Shown here one piece after another: positions 19,095 through 28,827 of a stretch of 64,000 nucleotides of DNA. Both the position numbers and the translations under genes were made by a program. Each line of letters starts with the position of its first letter. Within the stretch, counting starts at the first letter, position 1. The stretch spans positions 5,269 through 69,268 of the forward strand of contig DAOUJH010000004.1 of NCBI GenBank assembly GCA_034422935.1, given 5' to 3'. The DNA is from Dehalococcoidia bacterium (GTDB taxonomy: Bacteria > Chloroflexota > Dehalococcoidia > Lucifugimonadales > QGNO01). A model generated the notes under the pieces. The model was not told the DNA's origin. It searched no databases and saw only the letters and a program-made list of their open reading frames with translations.

Positions 19095-20831
19095 TCAGGA
19101 GTCCCTGACGTTGACGGATACTATGTCTACGCCATGGTACTTCTGATGAGTCACGGATGAGGAGAGGTGACGCAGCAGGTGGAACGAGATGTCGCGGCCA
19201 TCTGAAATCTCCGGGTTCTCGCCCATGTAGGCAAGCCTATCCTCCAGATTCTCCCCCTCCGTTGCGGAGACGAACTCCAACTCGGTGCCGCCGCTCACGG
19301 AGCGGGCGGTGACTATCAGCCGGCGTCCACTTGCAACCTCAGGGTCGTCATCGCCAGACGCCATGCTGTGCAGCGTCTCTTCTCCCACCAAGACCAGCCG
19401 TTCAGCTGAGGCGTCGCTCCCCCCGGCGTCCTTCGCGAACTCTCTGAGGAAGTCACCGAGTTTGGGAAGCGTCTCTTCATCCATGTCTATGCGCAACCGT
19501 TTGCGCCGGGGCCCGGTCAGCTCTAGGAACACCATCATCAAGACTGCCACAATCGCCCCGGAGGTCATGCCGTTGCCCAGCAGAATGCCAAGGAATCCAT
19601 CGCCCAGCCGGTCCGAGAACACCCATCCGTTCTGAAACCCCACCCCAATCCAGAAGGCCAGCCCAGTTACCGTTGCTTTGCGGTGGTCAATGCCGTCCTG
19701 TATGACGATCTTCATACCCTGCACGAATAGCAGGGCAATGAGTACCAAGATGTAGGCGGCGGCTACAGGCTCGGGTATGGCTATGAGCAGCGCGGCAAAC
19801 TTGGGGAAGAAGGCCAGCGCGAATATGGTGACTCCGATGATGACGCCTACCCGCCTTGCGCCGATGCCTGTGACTTCGGCAAGCGAGATGCTGGTGGAGT
19901 AGGTGGTGTTCGGCAGGGTCGCGCTCAGCCCGGAGAGAAGGTTCCCCATGCCGTCGGCATTGAGTGCGCCCTGCACTACCCGGAAGTCGGTAGCGCGCGG
20001 GCGGCGGCGTGAGATGCGCTGAATGGCCACGCCGTCGCCGATCGTCTCAATAGCGCCCACCATCGTCACAACTATGAAGGCAGGTAGCAGCGCCCAGAAT
20101 TCGGTGCCGGGCACCAGGTTGAAGCCGGGCCAGTCGCGGAACGGCACACCAAACCAGGCGGCGTCAACAACAGTCCCGACATCGTACAGGCCGAAGGGAG
20201 CGCCAACGGCACACCCCGCGGCGATACCGGCGATTGGAGACCACAGTCGCAGAGAAGGCGGCGCACGGAGCACCATGATCACCACTACAGCCAGGGTGAC
20301 CCCGGCGGCTAAAGGTGCAGCGATGGGGTCTGTTCCCTCTGGAACGTTGTCCAGCGAGTTGTAGAGCACCGGAGCTACCGTGGCGGCAATCAACATTATC
20401 ACCGTGCCCGTCACAGTCGGCGTGAAGATGCGCCGCAGCAGCGATAGCCTGGCCGCCAGCATGAACTGGAACAGGGACGAAATGACCACAAGGCTGGCCA
20501 GCGTCGCTGGACCGGCCAGCTTCAAGGCTGCTACACAGACAGCAATGAAAGCCCCGGACGTGCCCATGATCAGCACGTGTCCGGAGCCGAATCGACCCCA
20601 TCGCGCGGCCTGGAGCACGGTGGTCAGGCCGCAGACGACCAAGGCGGCGAACACGCCCCATACCAAGTAGCTCTCGGACGCCTCCGCGATGCGAACTACG
20701 ATAACCACGGTGAGCACCACCGGCGCGACAATGAGCATCGCCGCCTGTGCGCCCGCTCCGAGCGCTATCAGCGGCGGCGGTTTCTCGTCCGGTTCGTAGC
20801 GGACGTGCTCGTTGACGATTGCAGCAGCCAT
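19095..20831 (-). CDS. NCS2-like nucleobase/cation symporter family permease with a C-terminal cytoplasmic extension
   Basis: Polytopic membrane protein. 'LPNTTYSTSISLAEVTGIGARRVGV' resembles the NCS2 signature region. A soluble tail of about 130 aa follows. Confidence 0.6.
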   Translation of the reverse strand: MAAAIVNEHVRYEPDEKPPPLIALGAGAQAAMLIVAPVVLTVVIVVRIAEASESYLVWGVFAALVVCGLTTVLQAARWGRFGSGHVLIMGTSGAFIAVCVAALKLAGPATLASLVVISSLFQFMLAARLSLLRRIFTPTVTGTVIMLIAATVAPVLYNSLDNVPEGTDPIAAPLAAGVTLAVVVIMVLRAPPSLRLWSPIAGIAAGCAVGAPFGLYDVGTVVDAAWFGVPFRDWPGFNLVPGTEFWALLPAFIVVTMVGAIETIGDGVAIQRISRRRPRATDFRVVQGALNADGMGNLLSGLSATLPNTTYSTSISLAEVTGIGARRVGVIIGVTIFALAFFPKFAALLIAIPEPVAAAYILVLIALLFVQGMKIVIQDGIDHRKATVTGLAFWIGVGFQNGWVFSDRLGDGFLGILLGNGMTSGAIVAVLMMVFLELTGPRRKRLRIDMDEETLPKLGDFLREFAKDAGGSDASAERLVLVGEETLHSMASGDDDPEVASGRRLIVTARSVSGGTELEFVSATEGENLEDRLAYMGENPEISDGRDISFHLLRHLSSSVTHQKYHGVDIVSVNVRDS

Positions 20832-20956
20832 AGTTGGTCCTATTCACGCATTAGGTGCGTTTCTCAGAGGATGTGCCGCCTTCCCAATTGTACGGACTTG
20901 TCAAGGGGGCGCTTGACTGGTGTACTTAGACCTCCCAATTTACTGGCGCCCCGGCG

Positions 20957-20986
20957 TTGACCCGCCAGCGCGCGCCCACTTATACT
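20957..20986 (+). promoter_or_regulatory. candidate sigma-70-type promoter for osmC (TTGACC-N18-TATACT)
   Basis: Hexamers at 20957-20962 and 20981-20986. 'aaggagg' and the ATG at 21024 lie downstream. Confidence 0.4.
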
Positions 20987-21023
20987 TGCGGCCTACACTC
21001 AGATTCATCCCCAAGGAGGAGTC

Positions 21024-21467
21024 ATGGCAATCACCCGATCCGCGCACGCCGTTTGGAGCGGCGACCTGGCATCCGGGACCGGGACGGTCACCGCATCGTC
21101 CTCAGGCGCGTATAATGAGCTTCCCGTATCCTGGAAAGCACGCAGCGACGAGACCGCAGGACCCAACACGAGCCCCGAAGAGCTGGTTGCCGCGGCGCAC
21201 GCAAGCTGCTTCTGCATGGCGTTGTCGGCCCGGCTGGGACGCGACGGCAAGGTCGCAACCAGGCTAGAGGCCGAAGCCACCGTGACCTTCGAGCTATTCG
21301 AAGGCGGCGCCAAAGTCGCCTCCAGCGCTCTAAAGGTCGTCGGCGAAGTGCCGGACATAAGCGAGGACGACTTCCGGCAGGCAGCGGAGGACGCCAAGAA
21401 CGGCTGTCCCATCTCCGGAGCCATGCAGGGCAACGTCGAGCTCAGCGTGGAAGCGTCCCTGGTCTGA
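21024..21467 (+). CDS. osmC: OsmC-family peroxiredoxin
   Basis: 'EELVAAAHASCFCMALS' and 'KNGCPISGAM' carry the two conserved OsmC cysteines. Confidence 0.85.
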   Translation: MAITRSAHAVWSGDLASGTGTVTASSSGAYNELPVSWKARSDETAGPNTSPEELVAAAHASCFCMALSARLGRDGKVATRLEAEATVTFELFEGGAKVASSALKVVGEVPDISEDDFRQAAEDAKNGCPISGAMQGNVELSVEASLV

Positions 21468-21507
21468 GGCATATTCGAAAATAGCGTGAGCCCCTGCTAA
21501 TTCTCCT

Positions 21508-22512
21508 TCACTGTTCTAACCAGTGTTCCTTTCCTGTGACCAGGTTAATAGAGCACTGCGGGATCCCTTTGAACATATCTATACCGATCGGTCGCTTGGC
21601 AAAGGGGTTGTGATGGATATAGATATTGGAGGAGTCAGTATTGTATGGGTGGCAGAAGAGCACCGCAGAAACGTCGGAATATCGGTGGGTGCCATCCTTC
21701 TCTCTGATTGTAAATATTCCATTATCCGGGTCTTGCCAATCCCTGTCACCGTATAAAGCCACAAGATCATCATCATCGCTTGCGAACGAAACGTGATATG
21801 GCAGCTTGGGCCATACCGCAATCACGTAAGGGGTGAACATTTCACCGTACTTGTGAGCTTTCTCTATGATTGCTTTACGAACCGGATTACCGATGTCCAC
21901 TTCGATAGCCTGGCTGACAGTGGCACCCACATCCGCAGATGGGTTTGGCTTGGTGTCCAATAGCACCGTCACTTCCAATGAATAGATTTGGCCTTGATGT
22001 TCCCCCTCAACCAAAAACTCCTGAAGCATTTCAGATTCTGAAGCCCTGATCTCTATCTCTCTTCCAATTCGATTATTCGGTAGACTAGGTAACAAATCGG
22101 ACATAGGATGAATCAGGACCGTACGTTTGAGCTTGCCTCTAAGGTCAGACATCAGTTGCATAAGGCGACGGTCTTGCTGTGTTTCGGACTCGACGCCAAG
22201 CACCGTTCTAGCTTCGACTATCACCGTACGGTTCCCACTGGTTAGACGGAAGTCCGGCTTATTCAGAGTACTGGGCAACTCAGGTTCTATTTCTATTTCC
22301 CACCCCCACTTCTTGAAGAAATCGAAGAGGCAGATTTCAAGTCGAGCAGACGAGTGCGAGTGCTCTAACTTACTCTTGAGCCTACCCTCCCAGATTGACC
22401 TGTGCGGCTCTGGAACTCTGGCGAGTTGCCGTAACACTTCTTCGCGGAGCGCCAGAAATTCGGGGTTATCTCCAGACAAGTCCGTCCAGTTGTGAATGCC
22501 ATACTTTGTCAT
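21508..22512 (-). CDS. hypothetical protein with a PD-(D/E)xK nuclease-like N-terminal motif
   Basis: 334-aa ORF in an AT-richer islet. 'NKPDFRLTSGNRTVIVEARTV' fits a D...E-x-(K/R) restriction-endonuclease-like core. I recognise nothing else. Confidence 0.5.
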   Translation of the reverse strand: MTKYGIHNWTDLSGDNPEFLALREEVLRQLARVPEPHRSIWEGRLKSKLEHSHSSARLEICLFDFFKKWGWEIEIEPELPSTLNKPDFRLTSGNRTVIVEARTVLGVESETQQDRRLMQLMSDLRGKLKRTVLIHPMSDLLPSLPNNRIGREIEIRASESEMLQEFLVEGEHQGQIYSLEVTVLLDTKPNPSADVGATVSQAIEVDIGNPVRKAIIEKAHKYGEMFTPYVIAVWPKLPYHVSFASDDDDLVALYGDRDWQDPDNGIFTIREKDGTHRYSDVSAVLFCHPYNTDSSNIYIHHNPFAKRPIGIDMFKGIPQCSINLVTGKEHWLEQ

Positions 22513-22685
22513 CGGTCAATATCTAGTTAATGATGAAGTCTAGCTCCTCGCCAGTAGTGCTTAGCCAGTACTTGGTTACTCTTGCTAGCCATGTCTTCCT
22601 GCGCATGTCGGTAGCCAATAGATTGATCTACGGGAGCTATAATAGTATATCTCTAAGTAATCGACGCTTGCGAAGGAGTAAGCAT

Positions 22686-22940
22686 ATGACGAGTAAATAC
22701 AAGCCTCTCTACGACTATCTTATAAAGAAACTCCAAAATGGATATACATTTTGGCATACTTCCTTCGAAGAAGTGGAAACTATCATTGATGCTTCTCTAC
22801 CACCTTCAGCGCGAAAATACCGAGAGTGGTGGTCAAACAATGACTACTTTGGGCGTCAATCCTGGGCTTGGTTACATGCAGGCTGGATGGTATCCACGGC
22901 GGAGATGGAGTCCGAAACCGTACTGTTCCGAACAGCTTGA
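22686..22940 (+). CDS. small hypothetical protein (84 aa)
   Basis: An AAGGAG Shine-Dalgarno sequence lies 7 nt before the ATG at 22686. 'KYKPLYDYLIKKLQNGYTFWHTSFEEVETIIDASLPPSARKYREWWSN' resembles a small domain I recall from mobile or defence contexts. This is unverified. Confidence 0.5.
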   Translation: MTSKYKPLYDYLIKKLQNGYTFWHTSFEEVETIIDASLPPSARKYREWWSNNDYFGRQSWAWLHAGWMVSTAEMESETVLFRTA

Positions 22941-22982
22941 CGGCGCTCAAGTATGTAAAGTACCTCACGAATCGGAGGGGGC

Positions 22983-23333
22983 ATGTTTGATTGGCTGATT
23001 GCAGGTAAGCTAGAGGAAGTCTACCGAAAGGGGAAGTCCAAGGGGTATCAGGAAGGTTGGGCTGAGTGGGCGAACCTGGCATCAGATACCCGCTACTGTG
23101 AAAATCCCCATTGTATGAGAATCAAGTCGGAGAGGTGGGAGGACCATAAAAAGGGATATAAAGAAGGATATTCCGAAGCCTGTGAGGACATACGCGACAT
23201 ACTACAGCATGGCGTCCATTATAATCAGATAACAGCGATAGGCGGGATTTGCGAATGTGAACTCTGCCAGATAGTCAACGAATACAAGAATCAAATAGTG
23301 AACGTGATACGGGGACACTACTACGGGCGGTAA
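22983..23333 (+). CDS. hypothetical Cys/His-rich protein (116 aa)
   Basis: ORF only. It lies in the AT-richer islet and shows no recognisable motif. Confidence 0.4.
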   Translation: MFDWLIAGKLEEVYRKGKSKGYQEGWAEWANLASDTRYCENPHCMRIKSERWEDHKKGYKEGYSEACEDIRDILQHGVHYNQITAIGGICECELCQIVNEYKNQIVNVIRGHYYGR

Positions 23334-23499
23334 AGACAGTACAGGCAGCATGGTTCTGGGAAAGCTGTTAGGGAGTCGTATACCTATCTCTTGAGCTTGT
23401 CATTAGTTTGTCTCAGAACAGCTATACTTGTTTTTTAGTGTTTAGATGCAGTAGTCATGTATCGCTTGGAATTCTTCTAGGCTTGCTATACTAAAGTTT

Positions 23500-23769
23500 A
23501 TGATCCCTTCCCAGCTTCACCTCCGCCGTCTGCCTGTAGAAGAGGCCATGAGCAGGCTGGACAAGTACCTGGACCAGGCGTTCATGGCCGAGCTGCTTAG
23601 GGTACACATTGTCCATGGCAAAGGCACCGGCGCCGTGCGAAACGCCGTCTGGCAACACCTGGAAGCCCACCCATTGGTCAAGAGTTTCGGTTTCGCCGAC
23701 TACGGCGAGGGCGACTATGGAGTAACCGTGGTTGAAATGGAAAGCCGCCAGCTCAACCCTCCGCAGTAA
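23500..23769 (+). CDS. Smr-domain protein
   Basis: 'LHLRRLPVEEAMSRLDKYLDQAF ... VHIVHGKGTGAVRNAVWQHL' matches the Smr/MutS2 C-terminal domain pattern. Confidence 0.75.
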   Translation: MIPSQLHLRRLPVEEAMSRLDKYLDQAFMAELLRVHIVHGKGTGAVRNAVWQHLEAHPLVKSFGFADYGEGDYGVTVVEMESRQLNPPQ

Positions 23770-23821
23770 ACCCTGATATGATTCGTAGGTGTAAGCCGCT
23801 AATAGCCTGTAGGGATTACCC

Positions 23822-25195
23822 ATGGCCCTCTTTGAACATCAACGACAGCAAGCAGAGAGACGTAACGCCCCCCTGGCCGCGCGCATGCGCCCGCGCAATT
23901 TCGATGAGCTTGTCGGCCAGGAGCACATTGTTGGATCTGACAAAGTGCTCCGACGCAGCATTGAAGCCGACCGGGTGCCCTCCATGGTTCTCTGGGGGCC
24001 GCCCGGTTCAGGCAAGACCACCCTTGCCCTGATAATCGCCTCCGTTACCCAGTCCCACTTCGAGCAGGCTTCCGCCGTTACTTCCGGCGTTGCCGACCTA
24101 CGGCGCATCGTTGGGGAAGCCAGGGACCGTCTCGGCATGACTGGCCAGCGCACCATACTATTCGTGGATGAAATTCACCGCTTTAACAAGGCGCAGCAGG
24201 ATGTCATACTGCCCCACGTGGAGTCCGGCACCGTCACCTTCATTGGCGCCACCACCGAAAATCCTTCCTTTGAAGTCATCTCTCCGTTGCTATCCCGTTC
24301 CCGTGTTTTCCCAACCCAGGCCCTCACTGAAGAGCACATCGGCCTTATCGTCGACCGTGCCTTGAATGATCCCGACCGAGGTATAGCGGAAATGCGCCCT
24401 TCCCTCGAGCCCGATGCTCGCAGCCTTCTGATGACCGTCTCTAATGGCGACGCTCGAATCGCCCTCAACGCCATCGAACTGGCGGCCACCGCCACCGCAC
24501 CGGACGACAGGGGCGAACGTACCATCACCCTGACCACTATGGAAGACGCCCTACAGCAGCGTGCCCTGCTCTACGATAGGGCCGGAGACCAGCATTACGA
24601 CACAATCTCCGCCTTTATCAAGTCGGTCCGCGCCTCCGACCCCGACGCCGCCATCTACTGGCTGGGCCGCATGGTCGAAGCGGGCGAAGACCCCCTGTTC
24701 ATCGCCCGGAGGCTCGTAATTCTCGCCTCCGAGGACGTGGGCATGGCTGATCCCCAGGCGCTCACCGTCGCCGTCGCTGCCCAGCAGGCTGTCCACTTCA
24801 TCGGTATGCCGGAGGGGCGCATCCCCCTAGCCGAAGCGACCGTATACCTGGCCACGGCGCCCAAGAGCAACACTGCCTATATGGCCCTCAACAAGGCGAT
24901 GGAGGACGTGAGCATGAGCCGCAACGAGCCGGTTCCCTTGCACTTACGCAATGCCGTTACGTCTATGATGAAGGGTATGGGCTACGGCAAAGACTATAGA
25001 TACGCCCATGAGTTCCCCGAACACTTTGCCGGCCAGAAGAATCTACCGGCCAACCTGGAGGGACGGGTCTACTACCAGCCCTCCACTCAGGGGTACGAAA
25101 AAGTAGTTGCCGAACGCATCAAGCGCTGGTGGGGAGACCGCGGAAACAGAGGGGGACGGCCAGTATCTGATGACGACCATTCGCAGCAGCTATAG
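23822..25195 (+). CDS. rarA: replication-associated recombination protein A (AAA+)
   Basis: 'RPRNFDELVGQEHIVG ... LWGPPGSGKTTLA ... LFVDEIHRFNKAQQD' plus the MgsA C-terminal region. Confidence 0.9.
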   Translation: MALFEHQRQQAERRNAPLAARMRPRNFDELVGQEHIVGSDKVLRRSIEADRVPSMVLWGPPGSGKTTLALIIASVTQSHFEQASAVTSGVADLRRIVGEARDRLGMTGQRTILFVDEIHRFNKAQQDVILPHVESGTVTFIGATTENPSFEVISPLLSRSRVFPTQALTEEHIGLIVDRALNDPDRGIAEMRPSLEPDARSLLMTVSNGDARIALNAIELAATATAPDDRGERTITLTTMEDALQQRALLYDRAGDQHYDTISAFIKSVRASDPDAAIYWLGRMVEAGEDPLFIARRLVILASEDVGMADPQALTVAVAAQQAVHFIGMPEGRIPLAEATVYLATAPKSNTAYMALNKAMEDVSMSRNEPVPLHLRNAVTSMMKGMGYGKDYRYAHEFPEHFAGQKNLPANLEGRVYYQPSTQGYEKVVAERIKRWWGDRGNRGGRPVSDDDHSQQL

Positions 25196-25536
25196 AATTT
25201 GCCTATAGTACGGAATTAACCCATACAAACTACTTGACAACTCGTTCTGCATCTGCGTTAATGAAGATGAGGCTTGAAATACAGCCTTAATCTTAGGAAC
25301 CGGGAGGTCCAGATTATGCTCTACGAGCTGTATCATTCCTGGCATTTCCCTTGTCCACTCCTCGCTGAGTCCGGTGAGTTGGTCTGAAGGAGGGGGAATC
25401 AAACTCAGCGAGGACATACGGAAGCCGGCGGCTCTGCATGTCATGGCGACGCGGCCCAAATCCTAAGTTGGATGGCCTCTCCGGTCGTGAATACCGGAAG
25501 CGCAGAGTCCAAGGTGATTAGCTGATAAGGCGGCAC

Positions 25537-25572
25537 AGGCCCGGGTGGATACTCGGGCCTGTTCTTTTGTTT
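25537..25572 (+). terminator. candidate rho-independent terminator
   Basis: 'aggcccg-ggtggatact-cgggcct' is followed by 'gttcttttgttt'. It lies 340 nt after the rarA stop, and the track shows no plus-strand ORF in between. Confidence 0.45.
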
Positions 25573-25623
25573 ACTCCGGTAATCGTAAGCTGCCGTCCTC
25601 CGTCAACTCAAACCCCGGAACTC

Positions 25624-26886
25624 TCACTCCAACGCCTCGCTTATCCTCCGGTTCAGGAATCGTCGCATGCCAATCACGTAGCCTACTATGACTGTGCCCG
25701 CCATTCCCAATGCCAGCGGCGCAGAGTAAAGGCTAGCAACTATCCCCTGTATGAACCCTCCCAGCGGGGTGAACCCAAAGGTGAGTCCATACAGTCCCAG
25801 CACCCTCCCCCTCACCGCATCCGTGGTCAGCAGTTGCAGCATCGTGCCCATGGCTGCGTCGTACGACATCAAAGTAGCGCCCACTAGAGCTGAAAGCGCC
25901 AGCGATACGGCAAACCAGGGCGATAGCGCAAAGAGGAGTATGGAAAGACCGGCGCCCATAGCTGTGAATATCAAGAGCGCCTGCTTGTTCCTGAAATCGC
26001 CCAGAGCGGCGACTATGATCGTGCTTACCGTTGCTCCAACCGCATTCGCCGCCGATAGATACCCCAGCCCGATTGCGCCCACTCCCAGCACGTCCCGCGC
26101 CATGACCGGCAGCATCACTAGGAAGGAAAACCCAAACATTTCCATGAGAACGCTCATCAGCAGTAGAGAGCGTATCGGTGCGCTGCCCCAGGCGTATCTC
26201 AACCCTTCAACGGCTGACCGCCAGAACGGCTCCAGGTTGCCCAGCGACCTGTAGTCCCCCTTGACCATGACCACCATCAAACCGCCCAGCCAGGCGCTAA
26301 GGGCCATGAATAGGTAGGTGTATTCCACGCCCAGTCTCTCGATAGATGTTCCGGCCAACACCGACCCTACAATCCTAGATAGGTTCAAGGCTATGTGCTG
26401 GGACGCAAGGGCGTTCAGTATCACTTTGCGCCCCACTATGAGGTAAACCATTGAGTTGCCGGATGGCAGCCGCACGGCCATGAGGATTCCCTGCAATACC
26501 GCGGCGACCGCCAGGTGCCACAACTCCAACCTGCCAGCGAAGATGAGCAACGCCACCGCCATTGCCACCAGCCCAGTCAGCGCCTGCACAGCTATCAGCA
26601 CCTTGCGTTTGTCCCAGCGGTCCACCACCACGCCGCCAATCAGGCCAAACCCCACGTGGCCCATTCCCATCAACCCCGCTATCATCCCTACCCAGAAAGG
26701 GGAGTTGGTGATATCTAGGACCAGCCATCCCTGCGTAAGCATCCCAATGGACATGCTTATCGAGGAGAAGCCGGCGCACAGCCAGTACCACCTATAGTTG
26801 CGGTTGGCCATAGCAGCAAACAGGCGAGGAACCCTCGCCTGTTCTGCCGGAGGCTCTACGCTTGGCTGGTCATCCGGCACGGCCAA
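25624..26886 (-). CDS. MFS transporter
   Basis: 12-TM pattern. 'NRNYRWYWL' is shared with the second MFS gene at 62259. Alternative start at Met26 (26811), which would remove the 17-nt overlap with ltaE. Confidence 0.8.
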   Translation of the reverse strand: MAVPDDQPSVEPPAEQARVPRLFAAMANRNYRWYWLCAGFSSISMSIGMLTQGWLVLDITNSPFWVGMIAGLMGMGHVGFGLIGGVVVDRWDKRKVLIAVQALTGLVAMAVALLIFAGRLELWHLAVAAVLQGILMAVRLPSGNSMVYLIVGRKVILNALASQHIALNLSRIVGSVLAGTSIERLGVEYTYLFMALSAWLGGLMVVMVKGDYRSLGNLEPFWRSAVEGLRYAWGSAPIRSLLLMSVLMEMFGFSFLVMLPVMARDVLGVGAIGLGYLSAANAVGATVSTIIVAALGDFRNKQALLIFTAMGAGLSILLFALSPWFAVSLALSALVGATLMSYDAAMGTMLQLLTTDAVRGRVLGLYGLTFGFTPLGGFIQGIVASLYSAPLALGMAGTVIVGYVIGMRRFLNRRISEALE

Positions 26887-27916
26887 ACTCTCCGGTCACA
26901 GAGTCCAGCACGTTCAACGTTTCGTCCACGTCTTCCGCCGTTATGCCGTAGTGCGTCACCATCCTCACTCCGAGTCCTACCGTGTAGGAGGCAAGCACTC
27001 CACGCTCCTTCAACGCTCCCATGAACTCCATGGCGTTCCCGTTCTCCACGCCGAATATGACGATGTTCGACTGTATAGACTCGGGGTCCAGGGAAAGTCC
27101 GGGCAACCCGGCCAGACCTTTGGCCAGTCGCCGGGCGTTTTCGTGGTCCTCCGCTAATCTATCGACCATGGTTTCCAGCGCAACCACGCCCGCCGCAGCG
27201 ATGATCCCCGCCTGCCGCATTCCCCCGCCGAGAACCTTGCGGCTCTTCCTGACACGCGCAATCGTCTCTTCACTGCCGCACACCAGCGAGCCTACGGGAC
27301 AGCTCAGCCCCTTGGACAAGCAGAAGCTCACCGTATCGGCGGGACGAGCCAGGTCGGCTACGGGTACGCCCAGCGATACCGCCGCGTTGAATATGCGCGC
27401 TCCGTCTATGTGAAGGGCGGCATCGTTGGCGTGCGCTATGGCTCCAATGGCCTCCGTGTACTCAACGTCCAGCACTGCGCCGCTGCACCTGTTTTGCGTA
27501 TTCTCCAGGCAGACCAAGGCCGTCCTTGGCTGGTGAATGTTGTCCGGTCGTATTGCCGCCTCCACCGCCTCCGGCGCCAACATTCCTCCCGAATCGTTGG
27601 GTACCGTCCGCACGTTGATTCCGCCCAATGCTGAGAAGCTGCCCACCTCGTTGTGGAATATGTGAGCCTCTGTGCCCATTATGGCCTCGTCTCCGCGCTG
27701 GCAATGGGTCAACCCCGCGACCAGGTTGGCCATCGACCCGCTTGCCACGTAGACCGCGGCCTCTTTGCCCAACCGTTCCGCGGCCATTGCCTCCAGCCTG
27801 TTCACGGTGGGGTCCTCTCCAAAGACGTCGTCACCCACCTCAGCCTCGGCCATGGCCTTGCGCATCTCCACGGTGGGATGGGTTACGGTATCGCTTCGCA
27901 GGTCTATGATTCGCAT
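26870..27916 (-). CDS. ltaE: low-specificity L-threonine aldolase (PLP-dependent)
   Basis: '[39 protein letters not shown]' and '[13 protein letters not shown]' (PLP lysine region). Confidence 0.85.
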   Translation of the reverse strand: MRIIDLRSDTVTHPTVEMRKAMAEAEVGDDVFGEDPTVNRLEAMAAERLGKEAAVYVASGSMANLVAGLTHCQRGDEAIMGTEAHIFHNEVGSFSALGGINVRTVPNDSGGMLAPEAVEAAIRPDNIHQPRTALVCLENTQNRCSGAVLDVEYTEAIGAIAHANDAALHIDGARIFNAAVSLGVPVADLARPADTVSFCLSKGLSCPVGSLVCGSEETIARVRKSRKVLGGGMRQAGIIAAAGVVALETMVDRLAEDHENARRLAKGLAGLPGLSLDPESIQSNIVIFGVENGNAMEFMGALKERGVLASYTVGLGVRMVTHYGITAEDVDETLNVLDSVTGEFGRAG

Positions 27917-28041
27917 GGCGGCTCCTTGTACAAGAACGGGTTTGTTGTCGGTCGTATTCTATCAGGCAGCGCCGTACGGTGCACGGGACTGCCCCACTTA
28001 AAGACCCTGTATAGGGGGCGCTTTTGCCAGGGTCTTTTGAG

Positions 28042-28244
28042 TGATTCGTTTCAGACGTTATGTCAAGTAGCAAGGCTAAACGCGAACCAAATATTTTTTT
28101 GAGGTGAGAAACGAATCTCCTTCGACTAAGCTTAGGACGAGATACCGTGAAGGAGGGGTTGGCTTTTGTGGCGGCTGCAGATGGCTTGCTGTACATGGAC
28201 AGAGGATAGCGCGATAAGGCGGGTATGGGGAAGGAGGAAGTGGC
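28042..28244 (-). repeat. shared upstream noncoding element, copy 2, ending 125 nt before the ltaE start
   Basis: It is the reverse-complement counterpart of 9949-10187. It has the same orientation relative to its downstream gene. Confidence 0.8.
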
Positions 28245-28269
28245 AAGAGCATGGCTTTGCTCGCCGCCG

Positions 28270-28393
28270 CGCCGCCCCTGGGTACCCGCCCCCGTGTCGG
28301 GGCACGAGGACAAGCCTGCGCGGGTACGACGGAAGGGCGTTCGTGGTTTTGTGGTCGGAGGTTTGGGATTCTTCGCTACGCTCAAAGTGACAG
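28270..28393. repeat. cluster of R2-, R1- and R3-type hairpin repeat units
   Basis: 'gggtacccgcccccgtgtcggggcacgaggacaagcctgcgcgggtacgacgg' is a nested hairpin. 'cgttcgtggt' is an R1 end. 'tttgggattcttcgctacgctcaaagtgacag' is R3. Confidence 0.65.
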
Positions 28394-28601
28394 CCCCCCA
28401 CCGCCAGATTGCTTCGCTGCGCTCGCAAAGACGAAAGGGGTGTGACCGACTAGCGGCGACGTCGTTTCGGTGGAGACGGGAACCTCACTCCTGCTCCATG
28501 CCGGTTTATGCGCTGTGGTAAAGTAGAGCCTAAAGGCGAGAATACTCACACCGGCGGCAGCCCAAGCTAGCAGACCGACGGGATGAAAGGATGGTGGCCC
28601 C

Positions 28602-28820
28602 ATGGATATTGCGGGATTTCTGTACCGCCTGGCGGCCGTGGCGACTCTGATGGTAGTGGCGCTAGTACTGATATCCTACTACTGGACAAAGCGCAGCCCG
28701 GAACAGCACCAACAGTTCAAGGAAGCGTTGAAATACGCGGTGAAGGATACGGGCAGGAAGCTGCCTGTGATAATCCTGGCAACGGCCATCATCGCCCTGG
28801 TGCTTGCCGTGATCCTGTGA
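28602..28820 (+). CDS. small two-TM membrane protein (72 aa)
   Basis: Two hydrophobic segments flank a basic loop. It ends 8 nt before the methyltransferase gene. Confidence 0.45.
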   Translation: MDIAGFLYRLAAVATLMVVALVLISYYWTKRSPEQHQQFKEALKYAVKDTGRKLPVIILATAIIALVLAVIL

Positions 28821-28827
28821 CGCCTCT

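Noticed and set aside
20832-21000. Purine riboswitch upstream of the nucleobase-permease-like gene
   Set aside because: Reading the minus strand, I could not find the conserved purine-riboswitch loop or junction sequences. Only the palindrome reported in the findings is present.
22938-22940. TGA between two same-frame ORFs (22530-22940 and 22983-23333) as a second Sec site
   Set aside because: Read-through hits a TAA five codons later (22956-22958). The downstream ORF has its own start, and there is no redox motif.
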